DNA of 32,000 nt from assembly GCF_000400465.1 (NCBI RefSeq), contig NW_008806290.1, positions 217,374 to 249,373 of the forward strand. The letters are read 5' to 3'. This document shows, one piece after another, positions 1 through 11,875 of the stretch (its first letter is position 1; every line of letters begins with the position of its first letter). Source of the stretch: Wallemia ichthyophaga EXF-994 (Eukaryota; Fungi; Basidiomycota). The notes below the pieces were generated by a model. It saw nothing but the letters and a program-made list of their open reading frames with translations, ran no database searches and was not told the origin of the DNA. The translations under genes and the position numbers were made by a program.

Positions 1-537
1 TCTTCATAACGTTAATGGCTGCTTCAAGTAAAGACGTTACTGATACAAAGAATGCTGCGAATAGGACTATAATGAGTTATAGGCGGTGTATATTCATCAT
101 TATAATAAACTCAATTCTAATTAAATACGACGTTATTAGTCTAATCTACTTGGTGTTATCTGTTGTGTTTTCAATTATGATGATACTCAGGAAGCTGGAA
201 TTGGATAATATGTCAGATTTATATAGGGTACCAAATAATTTGGTACTTATTGCTTCAGTGGTGGCCTTGGTGGTTGAGATCCTTTTACTGGTGAACATAA
301 ACTTGTAGACAGTATCCTGTGTAGACTGTGTATCCTTATATCCTTTTATATCCTGTAGACTCCTTGTAGGTGTAATATACCCGTTGAAACACCCGCTAAC
401 ATATCAAGAAATCCTTGTTTATACCATTTTATATGGTTATTATTGATACATTTGTTACTTTCGATACATTTGATATTCCAATATTCCCTTTGGATCTTTA
501 GATTTCCCGCCTTCCTCCCAACCATCCCTCACACCAA

Positions 538-999
538 ATGAACGCAGCCAAATTCACCAAAAATCTAACAAGCTCGTTGAATGCAGGCAACGCCATATCC
601 TACAACAAATCTACAACGAAATCAATCATAAATGTCCACAGCACAAGGAACAACACTATCATAACACTAACCAACAACCTCAATCAACCGCTAACTTGGA
701 TTTCTTCGGGCTCAATTGGTTTCAAATCTGCCCAAAAAGCTGGTTATGAAGCTGGTTACCAGTCCACAATAGCTCTATTCAACAAGATCAATGACTCTTC
801 CATCGATTCTTCACTCCACCAATCCAAGTTTGGTCCCCTTGAGCTGCATTTTAGAGGTTTTGGCCAAGGACGATCGGCTAGCTGGGCAGCACTCTTATCA
901 CAGGAAGGTGAAGCTTTTAAGCAGCGTCTGAGCTTGGTCAAGGATAAGACTAACTTGGTCAGAGGCGGTACAAGACCTAAGAAGCAGAGAAGATTGTAA
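538..999 (+). CDS. MRPS18: Mitochondrial ribosomal protein uS11m (S11 family)
   Basis: Intronless 153-aa ORF with uS11 motifs STRNNTIITLT, WISSGSIGFK, FRGFGQGR and the C-terminal DKT...GGTRPKKQRRL. The N-terminus is basic and hydroxylated, like a presequence. Confidence 0.85.
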   Translation: MNAAKFTKNLTSSLNAGNAISYNKSTTKSIINVHSTRNNTIITLTNNLNQPLTWISSGSIGFKSAQKAGYEAGYQSTIALFNKINDSSIDSSLHQSKFGPLELHFRGFGQGRSASWAALLSQEGEAFKQRLSLVKDKTNLVRGGTRPKKQRRL

Positions 1000-1040
1000 T
1001 TTAGACATTTCATTTCCTCATTTCTATCCTGTCAACCGTC

Positions 1041-3977
1041 ATGCCCCGGCTGTTTATCATACTTTCCTTCTGTCTCGTAGCATGTACGCTAGCTGTGTCT
1101 TCCTGGAGTGATTCCCGCGCGATCCCAAAAACTACTCAATACGCTTTGGAGTTGGCTGATGGCCACGCCCCACACGACTCTCTCTTCCAGCAGCTCCAGT
1201 CGCGCGATATTCCATACACACTCACGCAGTCATTCAACTCCCCTGATTTGTTTGTAGGCGCTGCGATACACTTGCAAAACTCGGACCACAGTTATCACCT
1301 CCCGTCCCTCGAATCTGTCAAGCATGTTTACCCAATCAACTCCTTTGACAGCCCAAATGCGTTTACAGAGGTGGTGAATACTGAACAGCGCAACTTGGCA
1401 GAGTCTTCCTTTACGCCCTCACTTTATCCACTCGTCTCAGGCACTCAGGCACAGCCTTCCTTCTACGCGGTCCAAACACTGTCTCAATCTGTCTTAGACA
1501 TGTCCGGCCTGGCATACGCCCACGCCCAAAACCTCACTGGTAGCGGGATCTTCATAGCCTTTGTAGACGACGGCGTCGACTATTCCCACCCGGCACTTGG
1601 CGGTTGTTTCGGTGCCGGTTGTCCCATCTCCCGCGGCTGGGATCTCGTCGGCGACGCGTACAACACCACCAACAACATCCTCAACCCAGGTCCGCTCCCA
1701 ATCACGACCTGCAAGTCACACGGCACATCTACGCTCGGTTTCGCTGCATCCCAACTGCGCGAGCTCCCCGGCGGTGCACCTAACGCCACGTACGGCATGT
1801 ACCGCATATTCGGCTGCCACGGCTCCTCAGGCGACGATGTGCTCGCGATGGGGCTTATTCGCGCGTACGAGGACGGCGCCGACATCATCAACGTCAGTGC
1901 CGGTGGCCCAGATGGGTGGACAACGTCTCTCCCCTCCGTCGTCGCCAGCCGTATAGTGCAGCGCGGCAGACATGTCGTCACTAGCGCCGGCAACTACGGC
2001 CAGCAGGGTCTCCTCTACTCTAACTCTCCCGCTGGCGGTATAGGTGTGACGCCCGTCGCTGCGCTCGACCTGCCCTACGTTCCCGTTCTCAATGCCTCCC
2101 TCACCGTCGCTGAACTGCCTGGCGAGCGCTTCCCATACATCCCCGAAGAGGTGTTCGGAGCAGGCAACGAGACGCGCAGGAGTTATGTCGTTGACGACGC
2201 ATGTGGGGGCGTAAGCGCCGCCGAAATGGGCAGCCTGGACGACCTGGCGCTCATTATCGACAGCTCCACCGATGAGTGTGACCTCTCCACCAAACTCGCC
2301 AATTTAAAGGTAGGTTGACGAGCAAGAGACGAGACTTGATTAACGCGCACTCCTCGCTCACCGCTCCACAGACAGCCAACGCATCGCTGGTGCTCATCAC
2401 AGACACACACTCCAACCTAACGCAAGCGCCGCACGTGGGCGGACTCGACACAGCGCTCCTGCGTACATCAGTCGCCTCAGCGATTCCGCATAATGGCACG
2501 CTCACGCTGCACTACACGCCGCAGCTGACGCACATCCCGCGCGGCGGGCTTGTCGCGCAGTACTCGAGCATGGGGCCGAGTGCCGATGGCTATGGGAAGC
2601 CAGCGGTGAGTGCGATAGGCAGCAACATCCCCACCCCGGCACCAAACAACAGCTACATGATTCAGAGTGGTACGTCGTTTAGCGCACCCGTCTACGCATC
2701 CCTGCTCGCGCTCCTTCTCGAGAAGCACGCTATAGATGATGTGCATCTCAGTCCGGAGCAAGCTCGCGCCATCATGCTCAACAGCGCCCAAAGTGTTCGG
2801 TTAGCTGTGGATGCAGATGACGGCGACGCGTTCACTGTGCTGCAGGGTAATGGACGCACGAGTATCGCTAGAGCACTCGCCGCGTCGGCTTACGCTACAC
2901 CTGATATAGTCAACCTCAACGATACGTGGGGTGCGGATAGTACGGGCGCGGGCGCTGGCGAGAAAAGCGCGCAGGTCCAGCTCGTCAATCTCTCACAAAA
3001 ACGCACGACTTACACCCTCGCTCACCACCCCGCCCTCACCGGCTACGTGCTCGAGGAGGGCACTATCCAGCCTAGCACCTATCTGCCTCCGTACTCAAAC
3101 GACACTGCGACTGTGAAAATGGCGCACAGTGTGTCTGTCGAGCCGCTCTCATCGGTAGATGTCGACATTGTTTTCACTCCGCCCCAGTGCTCCGATCATC
3201 GTCTGCCTATTTACAGCGGTTTCATCGAGTTCACAGACGCGCAGGATGTTAATAATACCCTGCACATTAGCTACAATGGTATAGCGGGCAATCTCTCCCA
3301 GATGACTATTCTCGATAACACAGACGATTTCTTCCAGCAGGGCTTCCCGGTGCCTTTCACGTACAGAAGCAGTGACAGGACCATGTTGAACGATACAAAC
3401 ACGCTCACCTTTTCCTTGGAGGATGATGATAGACCGGCACTCGTGTACAGACTCGCTGGCCCATCGCCATATTTGAGGATAGATCTCGTGGGCGCGGACA
3501 CGGAGCGCAATCGCACAACTAGCAGCATCACTATACCCGCACAAGAGAGCAATAACAATAGCAGAAGAACCAGTAGGAGCTTAGCTGATGGCGTGATGGG
3601 ATGGATGGCTGATCTTCTCGGAGGCACGAACATTAACACCAACACTAACACTCACGTTGACTCTGACGTGAAGAACAACAGCAGCACACTCACCATAAAC
3701 ACCCTAGGTATCTTGTACGAAGAGCTGGGCGTGTCCCGCAATGGCTTCAAGGGGTCCGGTCAGGGATCGTCTTTCTATCGTTACGACATGAACACTTTCG
3801 CAGATGGTGCACCCATCCCAACTGGCGAATACAAGTTCTTGCTCAGAGCGCTCAAAGTACACGGCGATGAACATGATAGTGCGGATTGTGGGTGGTATTG
3901 AATTTACGTGGATGCTCTACTTACAGTTTCACTCTCCAGACGAATCATGGCTGTCTGACGCGTTCAAGGTCATATAG
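1041..3977 (+). CDS. Secreted subtilisin-like serine protease (S8, pyrolysin/Vpr-like) with PA domain and C-terminal Fn3-like (DUF1034-type) region
   Basis: Signal peptide MPRLFIILSFCLVACTLAVS. Catalytic motifs are Asp (FVDDGVDYSHP), His (SHGTSTLG), oxyanion Asn (SAGNYG) and Ser (SGTSFSAP). The PA-like insert is DDACGG...LALII...KLANLK. Introns 2310-2371 and 3888-3939 join the two ORF-track pieces in frame and give the ending DYESWLSDAFKVI*. Confidence 0.92.
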
Positions 3978-4032
3978 ACGGATTATGTACAATATTTTCT
4001 CTTTTCTTTTAATTTACATTTATTATCACACC

Positions 4033-4365
4033 CTACTGCCCTTCCATATCCTCTTTTTCCGCATTTGCGACTAGATTGTCCATGTCCTGGTCATTGGTGA
4101 ACCGCGGTCTACTCCCTCTTAAGTTACTAGCAGGTCCACTCTGCCCCTTGAGCGCACTGACATCTTCGCCGTTGTCGAGGTCCTCAACCTCACCAGAAGG
4201 GTCACCGGTCTGTTCTGAGCTGATTGTTTTTTCATCCTCAGCTGAGGCATTGACGGCGGTATCCGCTTCTTCATCCCCTTGCACAAATTCGTCGTTCTTG
4301 TATTGGTCTTCTCCGTTCACTAAATGTGTCAGGAATGCTAGCCTTTTTGATAAAAAGAACTCACT
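4033..4365 (-). CDS. Small acidic, hydrophilic protein (95 aa); weak resemblance to fungal CHZ-like/stress hydrophilins
   Basis: Open frame MNGEDQY...SNLRGSRPRFTNDQDMDNLVANAEKEDMEGQ*. The ATG is formed only after splicing intron 4320-4364 (GTGAGT...CTGAC...TTAG): A at 4365 plus TG at 4319-4318. A TATA box lies upstream. Family assignment is uncertain. Confidence 0.7.
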   Translation of the reverse strand, partial: SEFFLSKRLAFLTHLVNGEDQYKNDEFVQGDEEADTAVNASAEDEKTISSEQTGDPSGEVEDLDNGEDVSALKGQSGPASNLRGSRPRFTNDQDMDNLVANAEKEDMEGQ

Positions 4366-4404
4366 TTCAAAAGTTAAGGTTGTTATTCAAGTAGATCACA
4401 CCCC

Positions 4405-4411
4405 TTTTATA
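4405..4411 (-). promoter_or_regulatory. TATA box (TATAAAA) of the small acidic protein gene
   Basis: The minus strand reads GGGTATAAAAGGGG, about 40 nt upstream of the A of the split start codon. Confidence 0.55.
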
Positions 4412-4645
4412 CCCTTCATTTAATAGCGTCATTGTTTCGGTGGCTGTGGTGCCTTGACATAATACTGCCGAATTTGGTAATCTAATGCGCTATCCATTGG
4501 AGTGGCGTGTGAAATAATAGACTAGTCATGTACTAAAAATGTACAAATGGTGATATGTAAAAAGATATATTGTTCTGAGTTTATTTGTGAAAATGCTATT
4601 ACGAATGCTGAAACAGTTTGCTGAAATGTGATCCATATTACTATG

Positions 4646-7600
4646 CTACTCAAACGACTTCAAATACTCTATCCACCGTTTCCTATAGACGACTCCTTGG
4701 ACTAATGATGTGGTGATTAGCTTTTGCACCCTCACAACGCACCTCACTTACATCCACCAACTGAATCAACCACAAACACCTGCCTTGCTCCCAGCTTTGA
4801 GAAGTTGTCGTGCACAAGAGCCATTGGTGCTTCTGGTCTGACTACTAAAGGACTGAGATCACAGTACGCCGATAAGTCGTACGGGTTTGCAGATAGTGGT
4901 GCACCATCACACACAACAGTCGAAAACCTCTTAGGAGGATTCCTATTGTTGTTCGATTTACTCGTTGATTGAGTAAGTATGCTGTTCTGTAACGTGTCAA
5001 ATTGTGCGAATCTCACGCCTGCTGTTGGATTGTGCGAGAGTGAATCTAGAGCGTGCTCTAATTCATTCGCTGCTATATATCCAACCAGTCTTACCACCCC
5101 TTCGTCTTCAATTATCAACGGAAATCCTGAGTCAGATAATCCTTTCAAGACCAGGGTATCCAGTTTATCCAGTAACGTACACACTGAATGCTCAACGTCT
5201 ATCCTTATCACTGGTATCTTCTTTGTTGCGACGTCCGTGACTGAATCTTTGCCAAACTTGTATTCATGCTTTGCATCCAAATACGGAAGCCTGTTCATGT
5301 CAATTAACTGGTCGTATATGCCTTTTTGCTCAATAGTATCTGCTAACGTCTTGGCTATCAGAATTGATAGCATCGATGGCTGTTCGAATATCAGCAAGAC
5401 TAGCAGCAACAGTAACAAACCCAACCCACCACGGCATAATTTAGCGTACCCGTCAGCTCACAAACTATGACAACAAGTGATATTGTCATCCTCGTGACAC
5501 CAGATAAGGCGGAAGCTGCACCGATCAACGCGTAGATAGCCGTCAACATGCACTTCTCTTGGCCTACGCACTGATTGAATATTGCCAAGTCAGGCATCAC
5601 TTTCGACCAGTATTCGACAACTAATCCAACCATACGTCCGAAACAAGCACCGACAGCTAGTGTAGGTATGAATATCCCTGCTGGTAACTTCATTCCAAAT
5701 GTGACTACAGTCAGCACACCTTTAATAATCATAGCTAGTGAGATCGTCTTGAGTATACTCCAAGGTGCCTGTCCTTCTTTTGCACAGAGTGTCGCAAATA
5801 TACCTTTGAGTTTCTTACCAGACGTTTTGGATGGGCATTCACTTAACAACGTTGAGACTAATTCTGTACCTCCCATCTCAGTTAGTGGGTTGTATGATGA
5901 TATGACAGCTGTGATCAAGGTAATAAGAACAACTTCGACAATTGGATGTGACTTGACTGCCGTCCTCATTCTAACGTTTTTTCCCCACCAAATGTTAAAC
6001 TTTGAGAAATATGCACCGTAGATACCCCCTGCTATCGCTATAACAAAGAAGAAAGGCAATTCAAAGAACTTCCAATCCTGATCGTAAGTGACTTGAAACA
6101 AAACAGTCTTGCCCGTTCCGAAAGGATCCAAGAACTTCAAAGTAACTGCTGCTAAACTGGCGCAATAGAAAGCTCTCCACATAACTTTCGGTGGGAAATA
6201 AGTGCAGACTTCTTCCAACGCGAATAAAACTCCACCGATAGGTGCACCAAACGCAACACTCACACCTGCAGCACAAGCGGCCGAAATAAGCTCTCTTCTT
6301 TTAGCTTCATTTGTTTCAAATTTACGTATGAATCTTGAAGTTATGTTTCCAACACAAGCGGCTATCTGAACCATGGGACCTTCTTTTCCTAAATTCAACC
6401 CAGATGCTACACTGAAAGCTAACCCGATACATTTGCAGAATAGCGTGCAAACTCCCAAATACCCTCTTATCACAAAGCCGGATAGGATTGCTTTCATCTC
6501 TGGTATACCGCTTCCAGCAGCGAAGTACATAACTGGATAAGCTTGTACATCGCCTGATTGAGATTTCTCAGCTGTAGGTTTTGATTGTAGGTTATTTGTA
6601 TCATACTGAGCACCACCCGGGTCGCTGTGTGCGAGCAATTCTTCCTCAAGGTCGCTCGAAGAAGACTCATTACCCCCATCGCTGCTTGACTTTCTTGAAA
6701 TCGAGCGTGAATGTAATGAAGCTGTCTTATTTGCGTCATTACTGTAGAGATAATTGCTGATGGAGTCCCTGTGAGAACTTAAAGAAGGTTGCGGTACAAT
6801 TGAGGCAGGAGAAGGGGTAGAAGTTGATTGCCTGCGTCCAGAAGCGGCGTGATGATATGCGTCTAGGTGTGCCGTGCTCGAATTGTTCACCCAAGGAGCA
6901 TCGGATGCAGAAATGTAGACGGTGATGACGGATGATATAAAAGCAAATCCGACAGCTAGTGTCATATTAGCCAATCTTGCCGAGCGCTTTCCAAGTTTTT
7001 CCTCCCAACTTATCCAGTCTGGACAATCTGTCGACGTTGAGAAGAGTGAGATAACGTTGTTGTCTTGGTTTATAGTATAGTTGTTATCGCAGCAGAACTG
7101 CTTGGATTGGAGGTAAGATGATGAGCAATAGCCTGATTTAAAGCTGAACAGGAATGATTCCGTGCGTACTATTGAAAAAGCGATAATCTGTAGTGATGTC
7201 AGGTGATACCAGATGACGTCAGGGATGTTGAGATATGAAAACAATGATACGCACGGCTGTAACTATTCCTATTATAGTAACAGCAATCCAGCCTGTAAAA
7301 AAGGATGTGTGAGTAGTTGAGATAGAAATATCAAACCAAACAAACCCTGTGCTCTATCGAAAGACTTGTAAATGAATCCACGGATACCTTTCTTTCTAAG
7401 CAAGCGCCTAAGCCTTACGCCCTCCTTAACCTGTCCAATTTCAGCTGAAAATATCCAGAAAAACACAGCAAATCACCTTATCGTGGATGTAATCAATTGA
7501 AGTGTGAGTGTGAGCGTATGTGCGAACACCTTTGCCAGATTCGACCATATCATTCTCGTAAAAGTCATCGTATCCGCGCTTGTATTTGTTGGCTTGTCTG

Positions 7601-7839
7601 CTAATAGCTTTACCGAGGGTTTTTGAACCAAGGTAACTAGGAGCAGGGCTAGGAGGGTTAAGTAGTGGAGTGCGTTCACCCAGGCTGTGTCCAGGGAAAG
7701 GAGTTCTTGGGAATAGAGCTCGGGTATTTGAAGTGCTACTCAAGTTATTCGAGTTGCTCATGTTTTCTGAAGGTAATGGTGGTAAAGTCACACGCGGATT
7801 CTTAACCGTGTCGCTGCCGCTAGCGTTGTTCGGCTGCAT
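4646..7839 (-). CDS. CLC-family chloride/proton exchanger (CLC-3/Gef1-like) with two CBS domains
   Basis: Signature motifs are GSGIPE, GKEGP (gating Glu), FGAPIGGVLFALEEV (proton Glu), PAGIFIPT and KGIYD. CBS repeats are C-terminal. Introns 7431-7476, 7293-7345, 7188-7254, 5380-5429 and 4702-4751 give a continuous frame from MQPNNASG to RWIEYLKSFE*. Confidence 0.95.
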
Positions 7840-8044
7840 TCTCCTCTCAAACAGAGTTGGTTTGGTGGAGTTGATGGTGACCCTTCTGGAATGAAATTAG
7901 CCACGATATTAGCGGGATATCAAGTATCCTAATCAATCGCACAAACTTTCTATTCATTTGAGATTATCGTCGTCATCCTCAGAGCCATATATACACTCGG
8001 ATAAAAAGGTATCGGTATCTTCATATTTACATTCTACAAGGAAA

Positions 8045-11000
8045 TCACTTAAGTAGCTTATTCAATGCCTTCTCCACGTTAAAGCCCGTCTGCTCAAGTG
8101 CTTCAATGGCTTGTGGTCTATCAAAACCCATATTGACCAACTGCTTTACCTGCTTTATATCATCATCCTCTGGTTCATTAAGGCGCGGCGGCAGATTTGG
8201 CTTGGCTGTGTTTTCTGCCTGCTCACTGCCTGGTGATTTGACGCTAAATGTCTCGCTAAAATCTACCAATGACGTCAGTCAATAGCTCAATAATAATTAA
8301 CTAAACACACCATCGAATGCTTTATTTGGAGCTGCCTTGTTAGATGTACCAGGTTGATCGAAATCAGCGACGAAATCAAAGGCCTCATCATTCTCAAAGT
8401 CATTCTGATCCCCATTAACGTTACCAGCCGCAATTTGAGCAGCAGGTAGATCACCAAATGAAGTATCAAACTCATCTTCATCTTTATCATCTTTCTCATT
8501 CTTATCAAATGCCCCACTTCCCATCATAGCTTCAAATGGATTTTTGTTGCTTGATTCTTTCTGTGCAGATGCAGATGTATCCGTTGGGAATGACGCGAAA
8601 GCATCATCGAATTCATCTTTGTTAGGATTGAGATTAGGTGGTTGTGCTGACAACTCTGGTAATTCCTCTGGTCCCTCATCGTCATCACTTGAGACATCAC
8701 CACGTTCCTTTCCTTTAGAGTGAGTGGTTGTGGTTGTGGTTGTAGGAGGTGGTGTGAAGCTGTCAAATGGTGATGAGACATCGTGCTTCTCAGCAGCAGG
8801 TGGTGGTACAATCTCAGCTGTTGACGCTGTTGGTGTGAAGCTATCAAATGGCGATGAGTCTGTAGCAGATGAATGCCCATACGCTCCCGTCGACGCAGCC
8901 GGTGCAAAGCTCTCATCGAAAGCTGCTCTAGAGTTGTCCATATTCGCCTTGTCTGACTTGCTATTGCTATCGAATCCCCTAAAAGCATCATCGAAATCAG
9001 AAACGGACACAGGTGCAGATTCATTTACGTTTATCTTGTCGCTTGCCTTCAAATTAGCATCATCATTAGCGTCCTCTGATTTGACTACTCTGGGCTCGTT
9101 TTCACCTTCTTCCACACCCATCTTGCTGAATTGATCTTGGAAAGGTGTCAAAGCAATTCCAGTGCCTTTGTTAGACTCAGACTCCACCTCAGCGGCAGCG
9201 TTCATGTCAGTCAAATGACTATCGCGAGTATCATTAGCATCATGAGCACCGTCATACTCATCGTGGCCACCTGCTCCAGCGAACGGATCCTCATCTACCA
9301 ATTCATCATCTTGAGCGCGTGTACCTTTGAATGCCTCCTCGTCTTTTATCGCGGTAGTCGCAGAAGCTGAGGGAGTGAGGCTATCGAATGGGTTTGTTGA
9401 TTTGGCTGATGCAGGGCTCAAGACGCTTGAGACGTCTTGGTGTTCATGATGAGCTTCGCTGTCTGGACTGATTGGGAGGGCGGTTGCAGCAGCCATATCA
9501 AGCGCCGGCGAGAGATTCTTGTCGTCTAGATTTTCTGCAGTTGACGTTGCATCTGTTGTATCTTTTACGTTTGCTGCGGTTGTTATATCGGACCTATCAG
9601 TTGCATCTGCTGCATGCTCATCCATAGCCACTGGGGTGTCCAAATCCTCAGCCTTAACGCTTGGATGAACTCTAGAGTCTTCAATCCCCTTGAGCGTGTC
9701 ATCCAACTCCTCATCACCAGGCGGAGGGAGAGCGACAGCCGGATCGACATTACTATACCTCTTGAGCTCATCTGCAGCCAAATCCCTATCACTTTCTGCC
9801 AATCTAAGCTGCTCCACTGCATCCTCATTCTCGCCATGAGCCACCACCTTCGTCTCTCTCAACTCGGACAAGCTCTGACGCATATCAGTCGTATGTTTAC
9901 TAATCTCCAACACCTTGGCTTTGACCACTCTAGCCTCCTCCTTCTCGCGCATGTAAGCCGTCTCAAGTTCAGCTCTCTCGACTTTCAGTGCGGAAACGTC
10001 ACTCTCTGCGCTGATGAGCTCATGGTCGAGGCGGCGGCGCTCGGCGGTAACTTCCGTCAGCTTAACCTGTAGGTCACTGACGAGGTGCGCTTCTGTGTCG
10101 TGCGCTTTATGCGCGTTGCTCAGTCGATGCTCTAGATTAAGGCGCTCTGCATCTCCCGCCTCCACAAGCCGCTCTAGCTCCGCACGTCGTGTTTGGTAGT
10201 CGGACAACGCGCGGTCCGTCGCGGATAGCTGCCCTCGCGCTGCTTCAGCCGCCACTGCGTCCTCGTGTAGCTTTGTCTGCTGTACATCGGAGTCGCCGAG
10301 GAGATCGTCAACGAGTGCTGTGCGTGGCTGCGCGTGTTCGCTGGGGTTTTCGAAAGGTGATCTGGCTTGTGATTGTGGTTGTGGGGTTGATTGTGGTTGT
10401 TGTTGTTGTGGCTGTGGCTGCTGCTGCTGCTGTTGTGCAGGCGAATTCTGCCAGCCAGTCACACCCTGTTGCAATGCATTTGGCTGCGAACCGCTAAACT
10501 GCGCAGAAAGACCAGTAGACTGCGCCGACAAGCCTGTACCCTGAGCAGACAAGCCTGTACCCTGAGCAGACAAGCCTGTGGGCTGGGTCGAGAGAGGAGG
10601 AGGAGCGCCGCTATGCTGAGGCTGCAAATCAGACTCATCGCCCATGAGATCAAAAAGGTCGTCTGTAGGTTTGCGTGGAGTTGTAGAAGCATTAGCAGCA
10701 GTACCTGGCATTCGCGACGATGCAGGTATTAATGAATCGGGTAAGGTGGGAGGGAGTGGATTGCCAGCGAGGCAGCGGTGGATGAGATGCATAGCAATTG
10801 CAAATTCGTCCTTGGAGAGACTGCCGGACTTTCTGACATCCGCTAAATCCCACACATTCGCTAAGACGTCTATGGGGAGACCTGATTTACTGAAAAAGTC
10901 GACAGCTTTGTCAGCTTCCAAGACGCCGTTTCCGGAGGGGTTGAGGGATTTGTAGAAACCGTCGTAGTTGCTCTTTTCTTGAGGGGATATTTCTGTGTTG

Positions 11001-11875
11001 AGTGGAGTGTGTGGAGTGTGTGGAGTGTTTGCTGGAGTATTTTGCGTAGGTAACTGAGGTGAGTCGGTGTCACCGACAGCAGCAAATCTAACCTGACGAC
11101 TTGGTGGAGGAGAACCAGGCTGAGTGCTGCCAGTTGATTGTCTCGGAATTGGAGAAGATAAGTTTCTACCCCCAGAAATCTGCTCGTAAAAGCCTTGTGG
11201 GAGTGTTTGAGGGAGACTTGCGATGGATTTGTTCATATAACACTGAATCAAGTGCATACCAATAATGAAATCAGTCAAATCAAGTGAACCGCGATTTTGA
11301 GTGTCAGCGAGGTTCCAAATCTGGCCAAGAACCTCAAAAGGCAGTTTGCTCTTTATGAAGATATCTCTTGCCTTATCGCCGCTGAGGAGACCGTTTGTTG
11401 GACCAGAACCAGCGAATATCTTGGTAAAGCGAGATTTTTCATCGATTTGAACTGGAGGAGGTGAGTTGGAGGGGTTTGAGTGTGCAATAGGGGAAGAAAC
11501 AGGTGATGAGATTGCAGGCGGAGGAGGAATACCATCGAATTGAGGAATAGGCCCAGCTGTGAGGGGAGTGAGTGGGTGTATCTACCACCAAAAACCACCA
11601 AACACACGCTTATCAACGAGATCATCGCTAACAGGCTGATTGTTCTGTACATGGCCAATCAGCCTCAAAGCCACGCTGAATCCAGGCTGATCGAGGAACC
11701 CGTTGTTGTTTCTATCTGAAAGTTGCCAGATTTGGCCCAGTTGTAAAGGGGCAAGACCAGAGTAGCTGAAGAACGCCACTGCTGATTCCCCAGATACGAT
11801 CCCATTTCCCTTCTCTGCGATGGAGTAGAAGTGTGCAAACGCATGCCTCTCTGATGGCGTCAGAGATAAGTTCAT
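8045..11875 (-). CDS. EDE1: Ede1/Eps15-like endocytic scaffold (3 EH domains, coiled coil, xPF motifs, C-terminal UBA)
   Basis: Three EH domains (LGQIWQLSD, LGQIWNLAD, LANVWDLAD), a Q/P-rich linker, a heptad-rich region, NPF/DPF/SPF motifs and a UBA domain (QLVNMGFDRPQAIEAL). Introns are 11557-11607 and 8263-8310. Confidence 0.93.
10490..10588 (-). repeat. 21-nt coding tandem repeat encoding LSTQPTG-LSAQGTG-LSAQGTG-LSAQSTG-LSAQFSG
   Basis: The unit gacaagcctgtaccctgagca is exact over 10527-10579 (about 2.5 copies) and is flanked by degenerate copies. Confidence 0.9.

Noticed and set aside
228-246. 19-nt near-perfect palindrome gtaccaaat-a-atttggtac, and nearby tatcct/gtagac micro-repeats (303-370)
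   Set aside because: 9-bp arms are expected by chance in 32 kb, especially in AT-rich DNA. There is no partner end, target-site duplication or transposase.
15-308. 97-aa ORF in the AT-rich left end
   Set aside because: No recognisable motif, composition fits AT-rich noncoding DNA, the other frames are full of stops, and I could not build a spliced model on either strand. It may belong to something outside the window.
8287-11085. Many alternative-frame and antisense ORFs over EDE1, and similar ones over the subtilase, NOP14, LEO1, RPD3 and PEX5
   Set aside because: They are shadows of low-complexity or GC-rich coding sequence (poly-V, poly-C, poly-L translations) with no independent motifs.
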